Source: Clostridium pasteurianum
GTDB lineage: Bacteria; Bacillota; Clostridia; Clostridiales; Clostridiaceae
NCBI RefSeq assembly: GCF_001705235.1
Contig: NZ_MCGV01000001.1
Location: forward strand, 3,010,181 to 3,042,180
DNA: 32,000 bases
Reading direction: 5' to 3'
A model generated the notes under the pieces. It was not told the DNA's origin. It worked only from the letters and a program-made list of their open reading frames with translations, and made no database searches. This document shows, piece after piece, positions 25,840-32,000 of this stretch (positions within the stretch are counted from its first letter, which is position 1; every line of letters begins with the position of its first letter). Both the position numbers and the translations under genes were made by a program.

Positions 25840-27132
25840 ATGAAAAAATTTTATGTCAAAGATGTATTTTCCATGAATGAAGGGGATGAAATAGTACTTA
25901 AAGGATGGGTTCATAAAATTTATGATCTCGGTCATGTTAATTTTATAAGACTAAGAGATAAAACAGGAATTGCTCAGCTAGTAACAACTAAGGAACAATT
26001 AGAAGGTCTTAGAAATGAAACTTGTATAGAAGTTAAGGGAAAACTAAGTAAAAATGAAAAAGCTATTAATGGAATGGAAGTTCAAGTAGAAGATATAAAA
26101 ATTTTAGGAAAAGTTTATTATGATAAATTACCTTTTGATATAAATGGTAAAAAAATAAATGCAGCACTTGAAACTCAACTTGATCATAGAAACATAAGTC
26201 TTAGAAAACCTAATATACTCGCAATTTTCAAAATTCAAGAACAAATTGGAGATTGTTTTAGAGATTTTTTAAGAGAAAATGGCTTTACAGAAATACATAC
26301 ACCTAAAATATTGGCATCAGGAACTGAGGGTGGAAGTGAGCTTTTCACTGTAAATTATTTTGATCATAGAGCATTTTTAGCTCAGAGTCCTCAATTTTAC
26401 AAGCAGATGATGGTTGGAGTTGGATTTGAAAAAGTTTTTGAGGTAGGTCATGCTTATAGAGCAGAGCTTCATAATACTTACAGACATTTAAATGAGTATG
26501 TGAGTCTTGATGCAGAAATGGGCTTTATAGAAGATGAGACTGAAATAATGGATCTTGAAGAAAGATTTATGAACTATTTATTCAAAAAATTAAGAGAGAA
26601 TTGTGCAAGGGAACTTGAAATGTATAATATAACTTTACCCCAAAAAGTTAACATACCAAGGATTCCTCTTTCAGAAGCACAGGAGATTGTTTATAAAGAA
26701 TATGGTAAAAGATCACCTAAGGGAGATTTGAATGCTGAAGGTGAAAGATTGTTTGGAAAGTATATTAAGGAGAAGTATGATAGTGATTTTGCTTATCTTA
26801 CAAAGTATCCTCTTTCAAAAAGGCCTATGTATACAATGCCTGATGATGAAATAGAAGGAGCCTCAAAGAGCTTTGATTTAATATATAAAGGTCTTGAAAT
26901 AACAACAGGTGGTCAAAGAATTCATGATCATGATATGCTTGTAGAAGCTATAAAGAAAAAAGGATTTAAACCAGAAGAGTTTGAATTCTATACGGAAAAC
27001 TTTAGATACGGTATGCCACCTCATGGAGGTTTTGCTATAGGTCTTGAAAGACTTACAATGCAGATATTAGGACTTGAAAATATAAGAGAAGCATCATTAT
27101 TGCCAAGAGATATGAAGAGAATAACACCATAA
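25840..27132 (+). CDS. aspS: Aspartyl-tRNA synthetase, archaeal/short type (likely non-discriminating)
   Basis: About 430 aa. QSPQFYKQ, motif 3 GGFAIGLERL, C-terminal LPRDMKRITP. The ATG at 25840 follows GGAGGG. The ORF-track extension covers the T-box terminator and was discarded. Confidence 0.88.
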   Translation: MKKFYVKDVFSMNEGDEIVLKGWVHKIYDLGHVNFIRLRDKTGIAQLVTTKEQLEGLRNETCIEVKGKLSKNEKAINGMEVQVEDIKILGKVYYDKLPFDINGKKINAALETQLDHRNISLRKPNILAIFKIQEQIGDCFRDFLRENGFTEIHTPKILASGTEGGSELFTVNYFDHRAFLAQSPQFYKQMMVGVGFEKVFEVGHAYRAELHNTYRHLNEYVSLDAEMGFIEDETEIMDLEERFMNYLFKKLRENCARELEMYNITLPQKVNIPRIPLSEAQEIVYKEYGKRSPKGDLNAEGERLFGKYIKEKYDSDFAYLTKYPLSKRPMYTMPDDEIEGASKSFDLIYKGLEITTGGQRIHDHDMLVEAIKKKGFKPEEFEFYTENFRYGMPPHGGFAIGLERLTMQILGLENIREASLLPRDMKRITP

Positions 27133-27387
27133 TTATGTTTGAAAATATTGATAAAAATTTATGGAGCTAACAGATTCTAAGGATTGCTCGTTTATAATTG
27201 TCTACCCATTTAAATGTATCATCCTGATGCTTAAATGGCTTCGCACGTCCTGTGCGAAATTACGCCAATTATAAGTCGCAAATCCTAAGAGTCTGTAAAC
27301 TCCAACATACAATATCAACATTATTCAAACATAATTATTAAGAAAGTTAAGGTTAATGAAAATTTTTTTCCGTTTCACTACAAAAAA
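27130..27387 (-). repeat. Long-hairpin repeat element, copy 5, inverted orientation (stem-loop 27387-27363, hairpin 27337-27130)
   Basis: The minus strand reads TTTTTTGTAGTGAAACGGAAAAAAA, a 13-nt exact match (GTAGTGAAACGGA) to copy 2. The 208-nt hairpin TAATTATGTTTGAA... / ...TTCAAACATAATTA has a branched apex. Its first 3 nt on the plus strand are the aspS stop codon. Confidence 0.7.
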
Positions 27388-27487
27388 TTGATATTAGTTT
27401 TTTATACATTAAAAATTTGGTAAAGTGAAATTAAGAAAAAGTGTCATTAACAGTTAATTGATTATCAAAAACAAGGAGCTGATTATT

Positions 27488-27784
27488 TTGAGTGATAAAC
27501 ATGTGGATTTAGACACGGTTAAATATATTGCTAAACTTGCGAAACTTAAGTTTACAGACGGAGAAGCAGCAAAGCTTGCAGGTGAGTTTGAATCAATACT
27601 TGGACATTTTGAAACTATAGATAAAGTGGATTTATCAGATGTTAACGTAAATGAATTTGATGAGGTTAACACTGAATTTAGAAAAGATGTTCCAAAAGTT
27701 TTTGAAGATAAAAAGAAACTTATGCAGAATGTAAAGAGTTTAAGAGACGGTGCAATTGAGGTACCTAAGATAATTGAAGAGTAG
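27488..27784 (+). CDS. gatC: Asp/Glu-tRNA amidotransferase subunit C
   Basis: [16 protein letters not shown] is a typical GatC start. TTG lies 9 nt after AGGAG. The start is somewhat uncertain, since a GTG at 27503 is also possible. Confidence 0.85.
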   Translation: MSDKHVDLDTVKYIAKLAKLKFTDGEAAKLAGEFESILGHFETIDKVDLSDVNVNEFDEVNTEFRKDVPKVFEDKKKLMQNVKSLRDGAIEVPKIIEE

Positions 27785-27797
27785 GGAGGCTTTATAT

Positions 27798-29234
27798 ATG
27801 GATATACTGAGTATGACAGTAGAGGAACTAAGGACTGCTATTTTAGATAAAGAGCTTAAATCAGAAGATATTGTAAAAGCTTATTTTGATAATATAAAAA
27901 AAACAGAGCCCAAGATAGATGCATATATAACATTATGTGAAGATTATGCACTTAAAGAGGCAAGAATTGTGGATAAAAAAATTGCAGCTGGGGATAAAGT
28001 TGGATGCCTTGCAGGAATTCCTATTGCTATAAAAGATAATATATGTACAGATGGAATAAAAACAACTTGTGCATCAAAAATGTTGTATGATTTTATTCCA
28101 CCTTACGATGCTACGGTAATAAAAAAATTAAAGGCAGAAGATGCTGTAATAATAGGAAAAACTAATATGGATGAATTTGCAATGGGATCTTCCACAGAAA
28201 ATTCAGCTTTTAAGGTTACTAAAAATCCTAGAGATATAACTAGGGTTCCAGGCGGTTCTTCAGGAGGTTCAGCGGCTGTAGTTGCAGCTAAAATGGCGCC
28301 TATATCTCTTGGCTCAGATACAGGTGGGTCAATAAGACAGCCTGCTGCATTTTGTGGAGTTGTTGGCCTTAAGCCAACTTATGGTCTGGTTTCGAGATTT
28401 GGGCTTATAGCTTTTGCATCATCTCTTGATCAGATTGGACCTTTTGGAAAGACAGTAAAGGATTGTGCACAGCTTTTGCAGGTTGTTTGTGGAGAAGATG
28501 AACTTGATAACACAAGTGCTAAGGGCCTTGAAACAGAAGATTATCTTGATGGAATAGATGATGGCATCAAAGGCATGAAAATAGGAATGCCTAAAGAATT
28601 CTTTGGAGAGGGACTTGATCCTGAAATAAAAAAAGCTGTTTATGATACAATTGAAAAGCTTAAAAGCCTTGGAGCAGAGGTTATTGATATTAGCCTTCCA
28701 ATAACAGAAGAGGGACTTTCAGCTTACTATATTATTTCATCTGCAGAGGCAAGTTCTAACCTTGCAAGATTTGATGGAATAAGATATGGATACAGACCTA
28801 AAGACTTTGAAGATGTATATGACTTAATGGAAAGTTCAAGAACAGAGGCTTTTGGAGATGAGGTAAAGAGAAGAATAATGCTTGGAACATATGCATTATC
28901 ATCTGGATATTATGATGCTTATTATAAGAGAGCACTTAAACTTAAAAAGAAAATAAAAAATCAGTTTAAGGAAGCTTTTGAGAAATACGATTTGATTTTA
29001 AGCCCTGTATCACCTGTACTCCCTTTCAAAATAGGTGAAAGAAAAGCAGATCCTTTAGAGATGTATCTTGCAGATATATATACAGTAAACATAAATCTTG
29101 CCGGAATACCTGCAATATCAATGCCATGTGCTGTAAGTAAAGAGGGACTTCCAATAGGACTTCAACTTTTAGGACCTCACTTTGGTGAAAAGAAAATATT
29201 TAGAGCAGCAAGAGCACTTGAAAAGGAGAGATAA
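27798..29234 (+). CDS. gatA: Asp/Glu-tRNA amidotransferase subunit A
   Basis: Amidase signature [13 protein letters not shown]...[15 protein letters not shown] lies 8 nt after GGGAGG. Confidence 0.95.
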   Translation: MDILSMTVEELRTAILDKELKSEDIVKAYFDNIKKTEPKIDAYITLCEDYALKEARIVDKKIAAGDKVGCLAGIPIAIKDNICTDGIKTTCASKMLYDFIPPYDATVIKKLKAEDAVIIGKTNMDEFAMGSSTENSAFKVTKNPRDITRVPGGSSGGSAAVVAAKMAPISLGSDTGGSIRQPAAFCGVVGLKPTYGLVSRFGLIAFASSLDQIGPFGKTVKDCAQLLQVVCGEDELDNTSAKGLETEDYLDGIDDGIKGMKIGMPKEFFGEGLDPEIKKAVYDTIEKLKSLGAEVIDISLPITEEGLSAYYIISSAEASSNLARFDGIRYGYRPKDFEDVYDLMESSRTEAFGDEVKRRIMLGTYALSSGYYDAYYKRALKLKKKIKNQFKEAFEKYDLILSPVSPVLPFKIGERKADPLEMYLADIYTVNINLAGIPAISMPCAVSKEGLPIGLQLLGPHFGEKKIFRAARALEKER

Positions 29235-29237
29235 AAA

Positions 29238-30671
29238 ATGAGTTATGAAACCGTAATTGGTCTTGAAATACATGCTGAGTTAAGTACAAAAACTAAAATA
29301 TTCTGTAATTGTTCAACTGAATTCGGTGCAAAACCAAACGAACATACTTGTCCTATATGCATGGGACTTCCAGGTACTCTTCCTGTTTTAAATGAAGAAG
29401 TTGTTCATCTTTCTGTAAAGGCAGGAGAAGCACTACACTGCAAAATAAATAAATTAAACAAAATGGATAGAAAAAACTATTTTTATCCTGATTTACCTAA
29501 GGCTTATCAGATATCACAGTTTGATCTTCCAATGTGCAGTGGTGGATATGTTGAGATACAAACTAAGGACGGTAAAAAGAAGATAAGACTTAACAGAATT
29601 CACATAGAAGAAGATGCAGGAAAACTTGTCCACTTGGAATATGAACCTTTTTCACTTATAGATTATAATCGTGTTGGAGTACCGCTTATTGAAATAGTTT
29701 CAGAGCCAGATATGCGTTCACCAGAAGAAGCAGTTGAATTTATGAAGACACTTAGAGCTATGCTTCAATATGCAAATATATCTGATTGCCGTATGGATCA
29801 AGGTTCAATGAGATGTGATGCTAATATATCCTTAAGAGAAGTTGGTTCTACTGAGTATAATACTAAGGTTGAAATCAAAAACATAAACTCCTTTAGGGAA
29901 CTTCAGAAGGCTCTTGAAAAGGAAGAAAAACGTCAAAAGGAACTTTATGATTTCAATGAAGGTTTTAGAATTAAACAGGAAACTAGAAGATGGGATGCAG
30001 GTAAAGGAAAAACTGTAACTATGAGAACTAAGGAGGATGCTAATGATTATAGATATTTCCCTGAACCAGATATAATTCCTATAGTAGTAAAGGATGAACT
30101 TATAGATCAAGTAAAGGATGAAATGCCTGAGCTCCCAATGCAGAGGCTTCAAAGATTTAAAGAACAGTATGAACTGACAGATAAGGAAATAGAAATTCTT
30201 GTTGATGATAAAGCGTTATCCGATTATTTTGAGAAACTCGTAAAGCTTGGTTCGGATAGTAAGGTAGCAGCTAACTGGATACTTGGTGATATGCTTAGAT
30301 TAATGCGAGAGTGGGAAAAGGAATCTAAGGATATACCTATAACACCTCAAAATATGAATGAGCTAATAAGTATGATAAAGGGAAAAGAAGTAAGTAATAC
30401 TGCAGCAAAAGAAGTATTTGAGGAAATGTTTAAAACTTCAAAGAATCCTAAAGACATAGTTAAGGAAAAAGGGCTTTCACAGATAAGTGATACAGGTGCT
30501 CTTGAAGAAATGGTTAAGGAAGTTATTGCTGCAAATGAAAAATCAGTTTCTGATTATAAAGCAGGTAAGAAACAGGCAATTGGATACCTTGTTGGACAGG
30601 TAATGAAAAAGAGTAAGGGCAAGGCAAATCCACCTATGGTTAAAGAACTTCTTGAAAAAGCATTAAGTTAG
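29238..30671 (+). CDS. gatB: Asp/Glu-tRNA amidotransferase subunit B
   Basis: YETVIGLEIHAEL, CPICMGLPGTLP and the C-terminal YqeY-like tail. Starts 3 nt after the gatA stop. Confidence 0.95.
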   Translation: MSYETVIGLEIHAELSTKTKIFCNCSTEFGAKPNEHTCPICMGLPGTLPVLNEEVVHLSVKAGEALHCKINKLNKMDRKNYFYPDLPKAYQISQFDLPMCSGGYVEIQTKDGKKKIRLNRIHIEEDAGKLVHLEYEPFSLIDYNRVGVPLIEIVSEPDMRSPEEAVEFMKTLRAMLQYANISDCRMDQGSMRCDANISLREVGSTEYNTKVEIKNINSFRELQKALEKEEKRQKELYDFNEGFRIKQETRRWDAGKGKTVTMRTKEDANDYRYFPEPDIIPIVVKDELIDQVKDEMPELPMQRLQRFKEQYELTDKEIEILVDDKALSDYFEKLVKLGSDSKVAANWILGDMLRLMREWEKESKDIPITPQNMNELISMIKGKEVSNTAAKEVFEEMFKTSKNPKDIVKEKGLSQISDTGALEEMVKEVIAANEKSVSDYKAGKKQAIGYLVGQVMKKSKGKANPPMVKELLEKALS

Positions 30672-30675
30672 AAAA

Positions 30676-30706
30676 AAAGCTAGGGAATTCATTCTCTAGC
30701 TTTTAT
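30676..30706. terminator. Bidirectional terminator after gatB and the small minus-strand ORF
   Basis: AAAGCTAGGGAA-TTCA-TTCTCTAGCTTT flanked by an A-run and TTTTATT. Confidence 0.65.
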
Positions 30707-30745
30707 TAAGTATAAATGAAAATTTTGAAATACTATGAGAGAGCT

Positions 30746-30922
30746 TTAGCTTCTAGGATCGTTGATCTTTCTTTTTCTATTGCCATCTTTACCTAGTTTT
30801 CTTGATTCATTTGAAAATCCTATTTCATTTGAAGTTTCTTCATTCATTTTACTAAGTTCTGCTTTTGTTTTTTGACTTGCCTTTTTGTTTGATTTTGAAT
30901 TTTTATTTTCTTTATGTGACAT
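30746..30922 (-). CDS. Small (58 aa) very hydrophilic Lys/Asn/Ser-rich protein, hypothetical
   Basis: Not in the ORF track because it is under 60 aa. My translation: MSHKENKNSKSNKKASQKTKAELSKMNEETSNEIGFSNESRKLGKDGNRKRKINDPRS. ATG lies 9 nt after a perfect AGGAGG. Ends 40 nt before the shared terminator. Confidence 0.5.
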   Translation of the reverse strand: MSHKENKNSKSNKKASQKTKAELSKMNEETSNEIGFSNESRKLGKDGNRKRKINDPRS

Positions 30923-31104
30923 TAAAAACTGCCTCCTAAAAAATAATTTGAATTTTGTTACACTTCAATTTTGCCCAAAAAAATAAAAAATACAATTAAC
31001 AGATTATTAATACTTTTTTATGTGATATTATATACTACTTATAAAATATATGATATACTATACACATAAATTAAATTATATTTTTATGAAAGAGAGTGAG
31101 ACAA

Positions 31105-31371
31105 ATGAGCTTTTCAAATAAAGGCATATGGGGAACGATATTGTTTGCTGTTATAATTTTTATAGTTGCATTGCTATTTATCAAATTATTGCCATTCATA
31201 ATAGTAGCTGGACTAGCTATATGGGGCATATCTAAGATATCAAAGGTTGTGGAAAATAAGAAGAAGGATAAAATCGATAATTTTAAGGAAGATAATTTTG
31301 CAGGTGAACATAACTTTGATTCTGAACAAGGTGATGTAATTGATGTGGATTATACAGAGGTTAAACATTAA
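31105..31371 (+). CDS. Small membrane protein, hypothetical
   Basis: Two hydrophobic segments (WGTILFAVIIFIVALLFI, LPFIIVAGLAIWGI) followed by an acidic tail. The start could be the ATG at 31105 or the GTG at 31096. Confidence 0.6.
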   Translation: MSFSNKGIWGTILFAVIIFIVALLFIKLLPFIIVAGLAIWGISKISKVVENKKKDKIDNFKEDNFAGEHNFDSEQGDVIDVDYTEVKH

Positions 31372-31396
31372 TAAGGATGGAACATATATATATATG

Positions 31397-31436
31397 AAGG
31401 CACTGAAATTACAGTTGGATTTTCGGTGCCTTTATT
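31397..31436. terminator. Bidirectional terminator between the small membrane protein and the GNAT gene
   Basis: AAGGCACTGAAA-12 nt-TTTCGGTGCCTT followed by TATT. Confidence 0.6.
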
Positions 31437-31504
31437 ATATACATGTTTTAGAATAATACCTATTAATAAAACACAGAAAAAGTGTATATGAAAGACCATA
31501 GTAA

Positions 31505-32000
31505 TTATATTAAATTTCTATATTGTCTGTAGTAGAAGTAACTATCACTTTCCATGTTAGGCTGCTTATGTCCAATAGGTGTTCGTTTTTCGAATAGTTC
31601 AAAATTACATTTCTCCGCAAGATGGCAAGAAGGTGTATTTGCACAATCAATAGTTAGTATAAGATACTTTATATCTGATACGCTAAAGCACCAATTGACT
31701 AAAGCATTTACTGCTTCTTTTGTGTATCCCATTCTCTGAAATTTTTCGGACATAAAATAGGCTACTTCAACTTCATTTAGCGTATCTTCTAGTCCCATTC
31801 CTACCATACCTATCATTTCATCTGTGTCAGGTAATGCTATTACATATCTTTTGTTTTCATAAATGTCTGTTGAATTTGTTTGAACTTGTAGCCAATCAAT
31901 ATAGCTAAAATAACCTTGAGGTGAATTACTGTTTTCCGCCCAATCAGGCATAAATCGAAGTATATTTTTTTCTCTAGCAATTCTATAGAGGTTTTCTGCG
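31505..32000 (-). CDS. GNAT N-acetyltransferase (RimJ/RimL-like), 5' end outside the window
   Basis: EVAYFMSEKFQRMGYTKEAVNALVNWCF acetyl-CoA region. The frame stays open upstream of the ATG at 31951 to the window edge (AENLYRIAREKNILRF), so the gene is probably truncated by the window. Confidence 0.8.
   Translation of the reverse strand, partial: AENLYRIAREKNILRFMPDWAENSNSPQGYFSYIDWLQVQTNSTDIYENKRYVIALPDTDEMIGMVGMGLEDTLNEVEVAYFMSEKFQRMGYTKEAVNALVNWCFSVSDIKYLILTIDCANTPSCHLAEKCNFELFEKRTPIGHKQPNMESDSYFYYRQYRNLI

Noticed and set aside
251-27387. Whether the hairpin repeats could be a CRISPR array or integron attC sites
   Set aside because: They are not CRISPR. The copies are kilobases apart, 180-300 nt long, internally palindromic, and have no regular repeat-spacer spacing or cas genes. 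attC is unlikely. The GTT-containing arm ends (GTTACAA, GTTGCCA, GTTTCCT, GTTCCTT) do not fit the GTTRRRY core. There is no integrase, and the flanking genes are core genes in mixed orientations rather than cassettes.
27388-27487. Possible internal promoter for gatC (TTGATA at 27388)
   Set aside because: No acceptable -10 hexamer lies at 16-18 nt spacing (AAAAAT only). It is left as unresolved rather than annotated.

Overview
AT-rich, Clostridium-like chromosomal segment made up almost entirely of conserved housekeeping genes. In order: family-4 uracil-DNA glycosylase and a SWIM/SNF2 helicase; an orphan PTS EIIA-like protein; a YceG-like/TelA pair; an SDR; a metallophosphoesterase; a DEDDh exonuclease; T-box(Met)-metG; a cold-shock protein; tatD-yabE-rnmV-rsmA (the Bacillus/Clostridium metS-yabD-yabE-rnmV-ksgA synteny); three uncharacterised envelope or low-complexity proteins; mrp; a lipoprotein; a flavin-reductase-like protein; a sugar-phosphate nucleotidyltransferase fused to a degenerate phosphomannomutase-like domain; T-box(Asn)-aspS-gatCAB; two small proteins; and a partial GNAT gene. 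I saw no rRNA, tRNA, CRISPR array, transposase, integrase or phage genes, and no obvious multi-gene defence island. The main signal the coding genes do not explain is a dispersed family of modular long-hairpin elements, with five copies plus one fragment in 32 kb. Each copy has a conserved 25-nt stem-loop with an AGTGAA loop, followed by a 180-300 nt imperfect hairpin. The arms covary between copies. In four of five copies the far end sits exactly on the stop codon of a gene encoded on the opposite strand. One copy carries a nested 181-bp element with perfect 35-bp GC-rich inverted repeats. Another lies inside the T-box-controlled aspS-gatCAB operon. I cannot tell from the sequence alone whether this family is already catalogued. 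All protein calls rest on motifs read by eye in the supplied translations; no searches were run.
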